Assembly (NCBI GenBank): GCA_043228905.1
Contig: JBHGNT010000001.1
Span: forward strand, 14,260,001 to 14,324,000
DNA: 64,000 nt
Origin: Azolla caroliniana
Taxonomy: Eukaryota > Plantae > Polypodiophyta
Direction: 5' to 3'
Below the pieces are notes generated by a model, which did no database searches, was not told the DNA's origin, and was given only the letters and a program-made list of their open reading frames with translations. Positions 1 to 12,239 of this stretch are shown here, one piece after another; position 1 is the first letter of the stretch, and the number at the start of each line of letters is the position of its first letter. The position numbers and the translations under genes are program-made.

Positions 1-790
1 TAGCTAGGCATTTCGGTAGTATTAAAACATTAGATTCAATACAACCATCATTCTAGTGGCCCCATATGTGACAATTTGTCGAAGATTATGATTGGACATG
101 TGATACATGTTGCAGAGCAAAGATGCCAAGATTTCATACATATAGTTTATTGGAACCAATACCAATTCCAAGCAAGTCATGGCAATCCATTGCTCTAGAT
201 TTCATCTCACATCTTCCAGTTTCTAAGGGATTTGGTGCGATCTTGATAGTAGTAGATCGATATACGATGATGGCCCATTTCCTGCCATGTACTACGCAAA
301 TCACTAGTGAAGAAACCGCCGAAACTGTCATGCATGAGGTATGTTGGCATGATGGCCTCCCTGATAGTATTATGAGCAACCGTGAACCCTAGTCTATCTC
401 GAAATTCTTGAAGCACCTCTTCAAAATGCTCAAGGTCACTTGTAACCTCTCCTCCGGCTACCACCCGCAAATACACGGACAAGTAGAACACACAAATCAA
501 ACGCTGGAACAATATCTTCGGTGTTTTCTAAGCTATCATTAAGATGATTGGGCAGATATTCTCCCATGCGATAGTTTGGATTATCGACGATTGGGTCCTT
601 TCCATATTATCGGAAAAATCAATGATGCCGCTTTTCGTCTCGATCTACCTCCGCAACTATAGATACATCTGGTATTTCATAGTTCTCTTCTAGAACCCTA
701 TCAGGACAACACTATCCCAGGTCGTATCAAAGCACCCCCACATCCGATTGAACTTGAAGATGGACCTGAGTACGAGGTAGCCGCCACCGG
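1..790 (+). pseudogene. Ty3/gypsy (chromovirus-type) integrase remnant with start of chromodomain
   Basis: Fragmented frames: HFG...WPHM..CDTC zinc-binding region, ORF 123-392 (WQSIALDFISHLP..ILIVVDRYT), GYHPQ..GQVEHTNQTLEQYLR, GPF..VFHSSLLEPY, then DGPEYEVAA (chromodomain start). Stops and frameshifts present. Confidence 0.9.
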
Positions 791-841
791 GTCCTCAATC
801 CAAGACGACTTGTAACAATCGTCGTTTTAAAAGGGGGATAG

Positions 842-1031
842 TGTCATGATATGGCAAGATTCAAACTCATGACCTTATGTTACATGGGACGAGCCCTTGC
901 CATTAGACTATATATTATCATACCGAGAATATTATTTTCATTTATCATTTCACTATAGAAAATTAATATATATTTCCAGATTTCTCTGGAACATTCTAGA
1001 AACTTGAGGAGTACTCTCGAAAATACTATAC
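842..1031 (+). mobile_element. Truncated 3' LTR of the chromovirus element, preceded by a polypurine tract (AAAAGGGGGATAG, ~829-841)
   Basis: PPT is directly followed by TGTCATG at 842. The sequence switches to transposase-like coding DNA at ~1033. Confidence 0.7.
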
Positions 1032-2422
1032 AAGGCACTTACCCATGAACAACTAAAGGCGGAAGGTGTGCAGATGAATTGTGCAACACATGTATTTGAA
1101 TTTTTAAGAGCTAATATGTCAACGAGTGCAAGTGGTGTTTATTCCTCGCAGATCTGAGATATCAAAAGTGAATTTTGGGAAGTGATAGGGAGAAGACCTG
1201 GGAGTGTCGAGGAATTCCCGAATTGGGATCCTTCCATGTTGTTCACGATTATTCTAGGTTGGATGGTCATAGTATTGCGGTTAGGGAATTAACTTGTTTT
1301 TGCTTCCATTGTGTGTAGGGAAATTGGAGGTATTGTTTAAACAAAACATATATTCAGAATTGGGAGTATCATACATTGAACGATAAGCAAGCAGTTGATG
1401 GAGAAATAGAAAAGAATGTTGACTTCACATATCAAGGACGTGGAGATACTCTGAGTGATGTCTTAGATGTTAGGGATAATTTTGCTATAAATGCACAAGA
1501 AGGCAATTCTATATCTTGAAATGCACGGTGAAAAGAGAGATGATGATAGAAAAGAGAGAGAAGGAAGATATAGAAACCCAAATCTACAAAGATATATTAA
1601 TAAGGAGTGATGATCATAGAAACAAGAGAAAGAAGATACATAAACTCAAGCCTACAAGGATGAATTGATCACTAGAAAAACACACTACATGAATAGGCAA
1701 GAAAAACACCACAAGAAAAAAGCTCTCCCTCCTGTACCTCACTCTTCTTGCTTTATATGAAGTTCTCCTCTAGTAGATAAGTTTCGCTTGCTTTCTTTTC
1801 CACGCTTTTTTTAGAGCTTTTCCATCTCCTATTCTTAGCTATGACACAACGATCTTCTAATCGTCATATCTCCCTCATCCATGCTCCAAATTTAGAGTTT
1901 TAAAAAGCTACGGATAGCTCTCGTCATAAGCTTTCTAACCCATATTTACATGTTTGGGTGTCAAACGAGAGAGTTATGAGCGTTTGTTTCTGACTGCTTT
2001 TTGGTGGTCAGCTTTTTCCTTCTTTTACTTTTCTCCATCTCTCTTGCTTTTAGTTTGACTTATACTTGAAACCTTAGCTCGTGTTCTTGGCCTTCGGGTG
2101 TGAATGCTCCATACCTTATATTTTTGTAGACTTCAATACCTTGAATTCTAAAAACACTTTCACATTTAGCCCACCCCCTTGCTTTTTGGTGAACCATTTA
2201 TGGTGAACCCTAAGCTACTAATAAAACTAAAGGTTCTCCTTCGCCTTATTCATGGCTATAGACAAAGAAGGAGAAAATAAATAGAAAAGAAACAAACTAT
2301 GTGAGTAAAACCCCCGCTAGTCAATAGGAAAAACCTCACACTTCTAAACACACACACATACACATTGACAATTGCCATCACCATCTTTCTCCTTGTCAAC
2401 ACAAAGAAAGAGGTTACAACAA

Positions 2423-2929
2423 TTAGTATATCTTCATCAACTTTCCAAACAGAAGTAGGTCTATGTGATACATAACTCTTGATAGAAGTAAGCATGTTAA
2501 CATATGAATAAAACTTTCAAGCGACCGAACCTTTTGTACAAATACCTTCAAAGCTTCGATACTTGTCAGAATTGTCATATTTTGAATTACGTCGATCTTT
2601 GCTTCATCAACATGACTTTCTTCTTGGCACACCACATTCTCCACATTACCTTGTTTTGTATGTATGACCATTTCATCTAGAATCTCATCTCGAAAAGAAA
2701 GCAAAAATAAATCTCGTTTGGTTGAATCATTCAAGGGTTGGAAGTTGACGTCTTTCTCCTTTGGAACAACTACAATAAGTGAGACAAACTTCAAATTCTC
2801 CAACTTGATGTGGTGCTTGATGCCTTCTACTCTTATCTGTGAATAGTCATTTATGAATAACTTTGTAAACTTAAAAAAGAGAGAAATAAACCTTAGATCC
2901 TCTTCTCCTTGGACATCGTTTGAAATCAT
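2423..2929 (-). pseudogene. Internally deleted gypsy reverse-transcriptase remnant
   Basis: KHHIKL..SLIVVVPK..VNFQPLNDSTKRDLFLLSFRDEILDE (RT N-terminus) is joined directly to VDEAKIDVIQ..LKVF (RT C-terminus). The catalytic core is missing. Confidence 0.75.
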
Positions 2930-2943
2930 CTTCTTTTTCCCCT

Positions 2944-4095
2944 TTAGGGTGATATACTTTTCTCTTCAATGACTTCTTCTTCCTCCTTAGACACCGTGTG
3001 GAATGATTTGTTTTCCCTATCCCAAGAAGATTCATCAATTGTTATGCTTTCCTCTTCTTGATTGCCATTGTCGGTAGATGATTCCTTCTCCTTTATACAT
3101 TTGATTAGTTGTGGTGGATCCTTTGATGGTGATAAGTTCATGATACTCCAATCATGCATTGCAAGTAATTCTCTTTGCTCTTGATCAAATTGTTGTTGAA
3201 GAGTTGATGCCCACATAACTTTGTTGCTACTCAATGCAAATCCAAAACATAAATCATGCTCGAACACCTTCATACACTGCAACTTGGCACTTACCAATGC
3301 TTCCTTACACGCATTGATCTCCAAAAGCCAATCTCCAGCTATCACTTCTAGGTTACCTTCTTCATCTTGCAACTTCGTTGTGGGTACTTCACCATCAACA
3401 ACTTCTTTTGTCATATCTTCCATTTCATCTTGCACATATTCATCATCAACCACCATATCGCTTGTTGTATCAATAATGTCCTCAACATGATGTACATTGG
3501 CATCACCATCAATAGCATCGCTTCTCATAACAATCTCCTTGGATTCGTCTTTCACATCATCATTCTTTATATCATGGTTGTCCTCATGAACTATATGGGG
3601 GAACTCCACATTCATCACCTCTTCTTCATTGTCTCTAGAATCACCTTCATAGACATCATTATAACTCCAAAAATTAGAATAATGATATGAGGGAACCTGT
3701 TGAATCGGACATTGCAAGTAGGCTGGTTGTTGGCTCATGACTGATCCACAATTATTATAGCTTGGATTTATGGTATATGACGCCGATACTCCATATGCTT
3801 CACCGAATAACAACTTCTTCAATTGTTGATCATAACTTTGACATACTCGAAGCAAATCATGGAAAGACCTTGGGTACTTCATATGCACTTCATATTGAAA
3901 ATATGGATCTAGCCCTACTTTGAATCTTTCCATCTTGAAGTATACATATTCAACGCCTCCAACAAGTCCAATCCAAGTGGACCATATATCCAAAAACGTC
4001 TTCTCATACTCGAGGTAGCACATTGGTGAAACCATACGCAATTGGAAAAGTTCTCTTCGTAGATCTGTCGCATCGCGAACTCCATATCTTGCCAT
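2944..4095 (-). CDS. Gag-like protein (383 aa) of the non-autonomous element, with a long acidic C-terminal part
   Basis: Uninterrupted ORF starting shortly after the PBS. Capsid-like segment FKVGLDPYFQYEVHMKYPRSFHDLL, followed by a D/E-rich region. Confidence 0.7.
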   Translation of the reverse strand: MARYGVRDATDLRRELFQLRMVSPMCYLEYEKTFLDIWSTWIGLVGGVEYVYFKMERFKVGLDPYFQYEVHMKYPRSFHDLLRVCQSYDQQLKKLLFGEAYGVSASYTINPSYNNCGSVMSQQPAYLQCPIQQVPSYHYSNFWSYNDVYEGDSRDNEEEVMNVEFPHIVHEDNHDIKNDDVKDESKEIVMRSDAIDGDANVHHVEDIIDTTSDMVVDDEYVQDEMEDMTKEVVDGEVPTTKLQDEEGNLEVIAGDWLLEINACKEALVSAKLQCMKVFEHDLCFGFALSSNKVMWASTLQQQFDQEQRELLAMHDWSIMNLSPSKDPPQLIKCIKEKESSTDNGNQEEESITIDESSWDRENKSFHTVSKEEEEVIEEKSISP

Positions 4096-5203
4096 TAGTT
4101 TGATGATGAATCGGTAGATCCAACCATCAATTAATGGACAACCGTTCCTCCCGTTATACGGAAAGGATCGACCCTCCCTGGAGCGCCAAAATGAAAAGAG
4201 AGATGATGATAGAAAAGAGAGAGAAGGAAGATATAGAAACCCAAATCTACAAAGATATATTAATAAGGAGTGATGATCATAGAAACAAGAGAAAGAAGAT
4301 ACATAAACCCAAGCCTACAAGGATGAATTGATCACTAGAAAAACGCACTACATGAATAGGCAAGAAAAACACCACAAGAAAAAAGCTCTCCCTCCTGTAC
4401 CTCACTCTTCTTGCTTTATATGAAGTTCTCCTCTAGTAGATAAGTTTCGCTTGCTTTCTTTTCCACGCTTTTTTTAGAGCTTTTCCATCTCCTATTCTTA
4501 GCTATGACACAACGATCTTCTAATCGTCATATCTCCCTCATCCATGCTCCAAATTTAGAGTTTTAAAAAGCTACGGATAGCTCTCGTCATAAGCTTTCTA
4601 ACCCATATTTACACGTTTGGGTGTCAAACGAGAGAGTTATGAGCGTTTGTTTCTGACTGCTTTTTGGTGGTCAACTTTTTCCTTCTTTTACTTTTCTCCA
4701 TCTCTCTTGCTTTTAGTTTGACTTATACTTGAAACCTTAGCTCGTGTTCTTGGCCTTCGGGTGTGAATGCTCCATACCTTATATTTTTGTAGACTTCAAT
4801 ACCTTGAATTCTAAAAACACTTTCACACACGGTTAGTAAATAGTGTGCAACGCAAAATATATTAGATGCTTGGGGAAATGTTGTATCTATTGGGACATTC
4901 TACATCAAAGGTATTTTTTATGCAAGACTAGATGATTACGATTATGTGTATAGGCTATTAGAAGGCAAACCAGTGGCGTACATGTACTCTCATTTGGTCA
5001 TGTGCATCAATGTCCCAATGTCGCAATACAATAGCTGCTCAGGTTTATACACAATTAGTGCTAATGTGTATGAATGTATTTAAGAAAAAGCACTATCATG
5101 AAATCAACAATCCTGAACATACTCTTAAAATTACATAGTAGATAAGTTACTCAAAACAAGCAATTTAATTCTTCATTGATTAATCTGTCATCAAATTATA
5201 TAT

Positions 5204-8200
5204 TTATAACATCCCATTGCCAATGTCTTCAAATCGCTTGCTGGTCAGTGGAACTTCTCTACATATATGATCTGCATACCGAGCTCGGTATGGAGTCCAC
5301 AACCATGCAATTAGTTGGCAACTCAATGTTTTCACCAAGTAGTGTTCAGGCATTTCATCGGGTGGAATGAGACAGCTTCTGTGAATGTTGAAGTAATGCC
5401 AGAAATGTTCTAAATCCAAAAACGTATTGTCGACATTATAATCTGGCCAAGTGGCCCAAAAATCAGAAAGTCTTTTGAATCTTGCAACATCCTTATGCTC
5501 ACAATTCTGTCGTGTCCATTGACCCTTGAAATGTTGTCGCCACTTCGGGAAGAATCTTTCTACACACTTCCACACATCTGTGCATGGTTTTTCACTCCAA
5601 ATAAACAAATCAAAGTATTGCACAACCCACTATAGAAATTGATTTGTGTCCCTCCTTGGTGTCATATATCAAACACTTATCAAGACTTTATTAAGCTCCA
5701 AGATCAAGGCTCTTCTTTCGACTTCTAATGGTTTAGGTTTCCATTCCTGTAACTGAGCCTCTGTTACACCAATTACTGGTAGCACACGATCAATTACAAT
5801 CAACTCAAGTTTTGTCGGCATAATTGGTGTCCTTTTCCTCTTGAAACGCTTGGTCGACTGTGTTGGGCCTGGCTTCACATTCTGGTGCTCTTGTATTGTC
5901 GACTTAGTCATTAGCTTGGTGCATGTAGATACTAATCTGGTCAATATCAACCCACTGGTATCACATGCTACATCTACCTGCAAAATCAGATCATCTGTGC
6001 AACATGCTTGATCGACTTGCGTGACCAGATCAGTTCTGTCAGTTGCTACATCTACTTTCAAGATGTGGCCCTCTAAACATGTAGCAACATCAACTGTTTC
6101 CACACTGCCATCGGCCTTAGGAGCAATAGATTCAAACCTTTAGACTCTTCAACATCAGAAAACACCAACATATTCACACTCACAAAGTAACTAACAGTCT
6201 CACAAAACAACATAATGAACATGAAATATTTTCCATCATAGAAGAACATGAACATAATTATCTTGAAGAAACATCATAGAGTTCCATTACATAATGTGGA
6301 TCAAGCAACAACCAATCTCAGGTTTTACTTGTCCAAATAGATCATAGTAAAACTTCATAAACCCTAGGAAAATCACTAACAATCATATCCCACTAATAAG
6401 TATTTCGCTCCAAATCAAGAGCCCCTTGACCGAGTAATTGGTCTTGTCCCTGATTGTGGCTCCTTCTTCAGCCTTTTTCTAGCTAGTTGCCCATTTAGCC
6501 TTGCTTCTTTGACCCAATGCACAAGTGTGTCCTCCTCTGACAACCTTTCCATCACCTCAGCAACGGTTTGCACATCAACCACGTCTTGCGTTGGCTTTTC
6601 TAGTACAGTGGGATCTATTTGGACATTATCAGTAGTTGGGCTCGGTGGGGTGGAATCAAGGTTTTGGGATTTCAAGAAATGTTGCATCAAGTGTTCAAAA
6701 ACACTATTGTTGTGAACCTCAGATTCACATGTTGTTTCCAATATTTCATGGCTTTTCACATCGTTGCCTAATTCAATACCATCTTCCAAAAGAATAGGGT
6801 GGAGCTGATCTGAAGGATATGTGACAACACGACTCTTACTTTCAGCCACGTTGGGATCTATCTCCTCCTTGGTTGTAGCATCATCAACACCAGACACCTC
6901 ATGCGCCCTCCTTATTCGACACGATTCTACAACAACATGGTCGCTAATTAGCTACATCTAGCTAACTAGTTATTCTTCTAGACTATGACAGTAGCTAATT
7001 AGCTACTTCACTTAGGTATGGTACTAGCCAATTAGCTACCACTTAGCTAATTGGCTACTCCTTGTCACTATGGTAGCAACTAATTAGCTACTCTATAGTA
7101 GCTAATTAGCTAACTAGTAGCTAATTAACTACTCTATAGTAGCTAATTATTTAATTGGTAGCTAATTAGCTACTCAGCTAAAGTATGGTGGTAGCTAATT
7201 AGCTACTGTATTAAACTATGGTAGTAGCTAATTAGCTACCACTTAGCTAATTAGCTACTCAGCTAAAGTATGGTAGTAACTAATTAGCTACCACTTACCT
7301 AATTAGCTATTGTACTAAACTATGGTAGTAGCTAATTAGCTAAGTGGTAGCTAATTAGCTACTCAACTAAAGTATGGTAGTAGCTAATTAGCTATTGTAC
7401 TAAACTATGGTAGTAGTTAATTTGCTACCGCTTAGCTAATTAGCTACTATACTAAACTATGGTAGTAGCAAATTAGCTACCATTTAGCTAATTAGCTACT
7501 GTATTAAACTATGGTAGTAGCTAATTAGCTACCACTTAGGTAATTAGCTACTTAGCTAAACTATGGTAGTAGCTAATTAGCTACCACGTAGCGAATTAGC
7601 TACTATACTAAACTATGGTAGTAGCTAATTAACTACCACTTAGCTAATTAGTTACTCAACTAAACTGTGGTAGTAGCTAATTAGCTACTGTATTAAACTA
7701 TGGTAGTAGGTAATTAGCTACCACTTAGCTACTTAGTTACTCAACTAAACTATGGTAGTAGCTAATTAGCTACCACTTACCTAATTAGCTACTCAACAAA
7801 AGTATGGTAGTAGCCAAATAGCTACCACTTACCTAATTAACTACATGTTAGCTAATTAGCTACTACACTACAACCATAATAGCTACATAGTTTCCACACT
7901 TTATACGGCTTACCTAATTAGCAAGGATGTAACTAATTAGCTACAATATGGTCACAAGGAACAATTTTACCTATTAGTTTTCTCCACTCATCTGGGAGAG
8001 TTGTATTGCAATCCCCCAAACATAATGCAGCAATGCGACAGGCATATTGAAAACAAACGATATGGTATGTGTGCTGGCATGGTTCTAGGTGAACCAACAG
8101 AGTAGCAAATTTGTCGTCTATACGTAATTCGCAAGCGATGCAATGTGATTGAACATTCAATATATTGTTTCCTGGTTCTTCTTCATTTGGTAAGGGAGCA

Positions 8201-8875
8201 AGAATGTTTAGGTCCAATTCTTGTCTGCTCCTTACCATCCCCTCCGCAAAATGTAGCTGCTTCTTAAGGCGGTTAACTACCTGTTCTTGACGGAAGTATT
8301 GTTCCTTCAACGCAACTGAGAAATTTACCGATTAATTATTCCTTAATGAGGACGATACAACAACAACAAACAAGAATCATTAACTTACTCGTAGCTTGTC
8401 CAAATTGTTATCAATGACAATATTTACACCTAGAAGGTCCAGGTTCATTGAAAGAACCTGGATCTTTGTATGGAGTTGAATTTTCCGTTGGGGATCTAGC
8501 GACCCCTCAATTTCAAGCTCATGTTGAGCAACCTATTCCAGATAATGCCTTAGTAGCACATTTTCATGTACAAGTTATTTATAACATATTACATACTAGC
8601 AAAACAATAGGTAACTAAATCTTATTTCTTATTGTTGTAATTGCCAAAGTGACTTTGCTCTCCATCGCAGCAGCCAATGTTGCTTTATCTAAATCAGTCT
8701 TAAAAAACTCCAATGTCTCATAGGCTTCATGGACAATTTTTAGCATATAGCTAATCCATGTCTCACCTGTATCATCGACATTGGCTTTCATTGTGTCTTG
8801 GTGTGGCGTATACTTGCGAGTTTGTTGGGAGTCGGCAGTTGCATCATCAACTGTCCTGCTCCAAAATCTTGCCAT
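5204..8875 (-). pseudogene. Degenerate multi-exon gene of unknown function containing a RING-like Cys/His domain
   Basis: Chain of minus-strand ORFs (8615-8875, 7933-8310, 6415-6897, 5669-6103, 5204-5623). GT-AG introns are visible at 8388-8316 (GTAAGT..TTTCTCAG) and 7913-6927 (GTAAG..TTGTTGTAG). Motif CIAC-x..PCQHTYHIVC..C in 7933-8310. The 5' end is lost under the copia fragment. Confidence 0.5.
6943..7865. repeat. Array of the palindrome GTAGCTAATTAGCTAC with short recurring linkers
   Basis: Dozens of exact or degenerate TAGCTAATTAGCTA copies separated by CACTTA, TCAGCTAAAGTATGGTA or TGTATTAAACTATGGTA linkers. Confidence 0.95.
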
Positions 8876-8962
8876 TTTCTATTGCAAGCTCCCCATCTTC
8901 TGACATCTTTCTATCGATGCCTCGCCATTAATTGTCCAAGCTACCCTATACATTTCGGATTG

Positions 8963-11172
8963 CCAAAATTCAATGGTCGAAAGGGCCAAATTTTTAAAGC
9001 CTGGCAGCGAGGGAAGCAACACCGACTTCCTTTCCCCAACGAGCGTAATCGGAGCCGAAATAAGCTCGACTTGATACATTCAGATGTATGGGGATCGACA
9101 CAAAACGTGAGTCTTGGCGGGAGTCGATATTTTGTCTCCTTCATCGATGACTACACCCAGCACACATGGATCTACCTCATCGAAAAGAAGAGTGAAGTCT
9201 TCGACTGTTTTCGGAACGTCAAAAATCTTGTCGAAAGGGAAATAGGGAGGAAGATCAAGTGCCTACGGTTGGATGGCAAAAAAGAGTACTTTTCCGGCGA
9301 ATTCAACAGTTCTTTGCAACAAATGGGAATTCGGCATGAATTTAGTTGCAGGTATACATCAGAGCAAAACGGCGTAGCCGAAAGGAAGAATCAGTTGGTT
9401 GTGGAAGCAACGTGGGCAATGCTGGAAGAAAAGAGCATGCCCAAGTTCTATTAGGCCGAAGCAGTCCGAACCGCGGTCTACATCCAAAATCAGATCGGAG
9501 AAAAAGTGTCCGCACATGAGATGTATTTCGGAAGGAAGCCGAATCTATGACACTTGAGGGTTTTTAGTAGCATCGCGTATGTGCATGTGGCGAAGGAGAA
9601 GAGGAGGAAGCTGGACGCGAAAGCCGAGAAGTGTATCTTGGTCTGCTACTCGGACGAACAGAACGGTTATAAGTGTTATAACCCCCGAACCAAACAAGCT
9701 CGCGTAAGTGGCGATGTTCTGTTCGATGAGTCCGCGGCTTGGTATTTGCCTCCGATTCTGGACCTCAACTCCAATCCGAGTTCTGAAGATGAGGTCAGCG
9801 AGGATGAGATGCCTCCTAATGAATGCAAAGTCGGAACTCTTGAAGAGAGTTTGATCTCATTTCGGCTAAGTGGACTTAATGAGCGACTGAGTCGGTTTGA
9901 CCAGTTAGACGAAGAGCCGACGAGTAGTGGAGACTCAACCTGGCATTCCCCGCGTAGGGAGCCAAAGAGAGGGCTTACGCGCAAAGAAAAGGGAAAGAAG
10001 AAGATGTTGGAGTACAACATGGATAGGGACGAGTCAGATTGATGCGAATCCAAATTCGAGAAGAGCGATGACGGGCATTCAAGAGTGAAGTCCGTGTCGG
10101 CCAGAACAGCTTCAACATCGGCTAATGTGCAATTACGCCGATCTACCTGCCAGAAGAACCCTGTTGTGCGGTTCGGATACAGCGAGTACATGGCACATCA
10201 CTATGCGTACATGACACGTGTAGCGGAAGTGTGTGAGCCGGAGAGGTACGCAGAAGCGGCAAAGGAGGCAAATTGGCGTGCTGCCATGGAGGAAGAGATG
10301 AACGCACTTGTGGAGAATGAAACCTGAGACCTGGTTGACGCCCCCAAGGGTGTAAAGCCGATTGGATGCAGGTGGGTGAACAAGGTCAAGTACAACAGTG
10401 ACGGCTCGGTCAACCGATACAAGGCCCGGTTAGTAGCAAAAGGCTACGCGCAACAACACGACATCGATTATGATGAGACATTTGTGCCAGTCGCGAAGAT
10501 GACGATTGTCCGTGTTTTGCTTGCAGTAGTTGCGGCGAAGGGGTGGCACTTACATCAAATTGATGTAAAGAATGCATTCCTGCAAGGAGAGCTTGAGGAA
10601 CAAGTGTACATGGTACAACCCCCCGGATTTCACTCCGGAACGAACACTTCAGTGGTATGTCAGTTGAAGAAGTCCCTTTACGGACTAAAGCAAGCCCCGT
10701 GTACCTGGAACGCGAAGATCACGCAATGATTGCGTCGGATGTGATTTGTTACATCCAAATCGGATTCTTCATTGTTCGTCCGGCAAGGTCGACTTGGGCC
10801 GGTTAGTATTTTACTTTATGTTGATAACTTGGTCATCGCCGGCGTCGACCTAGATGAAATTGACTACGTAAACCTCCAGCTTGCGGCATCATTTGATATG
10901 AAGGACCTAGGGGACCTTCATTGCTTTCTCGGGATCAAAGTGATCCGAACCCCCGAAGGCATACCGATCAGCTAACGACATTACGTACTGAGTATGCTCT
11001 TCAAGTTTTGGATGGCAAACTCCTCTCGACAGAACCGTGAAGCTTCGCCTCAACTCCTGAAAGGTCTGTGACCCGAAAAGCTTCCGACAGATTGTTGGAA
11101 GCCTCATATACTTGACTATCACCCGGCTAGACCTCAATTACCCGGTCGGCTTGATTCGTCAGTTCATGGCGT
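8963..11172 (+). mobile_element. Ty1/copia pol fragment (integrase and RT), no LTRs, cut off by gypsy A
   Basis: [61 protein letters not shown]. Integrase precedes RT. Many stops. Confidence 0.93.
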
Positions 11173-12239
11173 TGTCGTGACGTGGCTCACCTAGAAGGGT
11201 AGCATTGCGCAGACAAAAGATAACGTGCAAGTGAGGAAGGAATCGATGGGATTATGGACGGAAGAGACGAAAGAGTAGAGATAGAGTGAATAGAGATCAA
11301 TAAGATATGACAAGATAGGATTTTTAAGGAATATAAGATATGACAAGATAAGATATAAAATAATATTTGAGAAAATATATGAAATTTATAATCATTTTCA
11401 TGAAAGAGTTACAAAATGGTTGCAAGCGTCGTTGAACCTTCAATTCTTGTCTCGCAAGTAACCAACTTCCTCTTTCTTAATAGTACACCATAGTTTTCCC
11501 TTCAATCTCTCGACAAGTATAAGATTCGAACCACCGCCCTTCCGTTGTGAGTTGAGGACCACAACCACCAAGCTAGTTCTTCTCTTCTCTTAAGAATACT
11601 TTCTCTCCCTCTTTCTCTATTATAATATATCTTTCTCTAGATCCAATATAATCCTCTCAATCTTATTTCTTGGGTTCTTTTGTCTATACTTCCTTCTCCT
11701 TTTATAGGGAAGAGATGGTTCTACATGTGGGCCATGTGGCGCACATGCAGAGAGGCTCTTGCATGCGTGCTATATGGTGCACATGTAGCACGTTTGATGG
11801 TTTAAACCATATAACACTACTTCAAATGAAAACAAGACACATATTTATATACATAATAAGTACAGGCTAAATGGTAAGGTTTGAATGCCATAAGGTTGAG
11901 GTTGTTGGTTCAAGTCCTCTTTTGCCCATGTAATTTGCTATATGGTGTGCATGTATTATATTACATGGTTTAGACTATAAAATACTACTTCAAATCATAT
12001 ATTATTTTGTAAATTATTAGAATAGGCTAAATGGTAAACTTTGAGTGTCATAAGGTAGGGTTTATTAGTTCAAGTTCTCCCTTGTTCATGTAATATAATA
12101 GATATATATATTTTTGTCTCTACATATAATGTATAATATTATCATAGTATGTTATTAACATTATAAAGGTTTATTTTATTTTCATTACGTATTTATTTTA
12201 TTGTAGACTTTTAATGTGAAGCTTTCGTACTTCACGACA
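11173..12239 (-). repeat. 3' LTR of gypsy A (1067 bp)
   Basis: Termini TGTCGTGA / TCACGACA. Abuts the G-rich primer region and hairpin at 12240-12277. Confidence 0.85.

Larger units (their letters stand above)
1529..4827 (-). mobile_element. Young non-autonomous gypsy-derived LTR element (gag plus collapsed RT remnant; TR-GAG-like)
   Basis: 636-bp LTRs at 1529-2164 and 4192-4827 (TG..CA, about 4 mismatches by eye). Perfect 5-bp TSD CACGG (1524-1528 / 4828-4832). Minus-strand PBS TGGCGCTCCAGGGAGGG (~4172-4188) and PPT AAGGGGGTGGGC (~2169-2180). Confidence 0.95.
1033..5100 (+). pseudogene. C-terminal relic of a DNA-transposase-like protein (possibly Sola-like), split by the LTR element at 1529-4827
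   Basis: Manual translation gives ALTHEQLKAEGVQMNCATHVFEFL...FWEV...IAVRELTCFCFHCV*GNWRYCLN...ILKCT|VSK*CATQNILDAWGN...YMYSHLV. The frame resumes across the insertion at the CACGG TSD. Family assignment is from recalled motif similarity only. Confidence 0.5.

Noticed and set aside
4134-4331. 65-aa plus-strand ORF
   Set aside because: It runs antisense across the PBS and LTR of the non-autonomous element, with no coding evidence.
6943-7865. Palindromic repeat array as a CRISPR-like locus
   Set aside because: Linkers are a few recurring sequences rather than unique spacers, there are no cas-like ORFs, and the context is eukaryotic TE sequence.
11510-11930. Functional tRNA genes at the A/B-box modules
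   Set aside because: Acceptor and anticodon stems do not pair convincingly, so they are reported only as tRNA-like modules.
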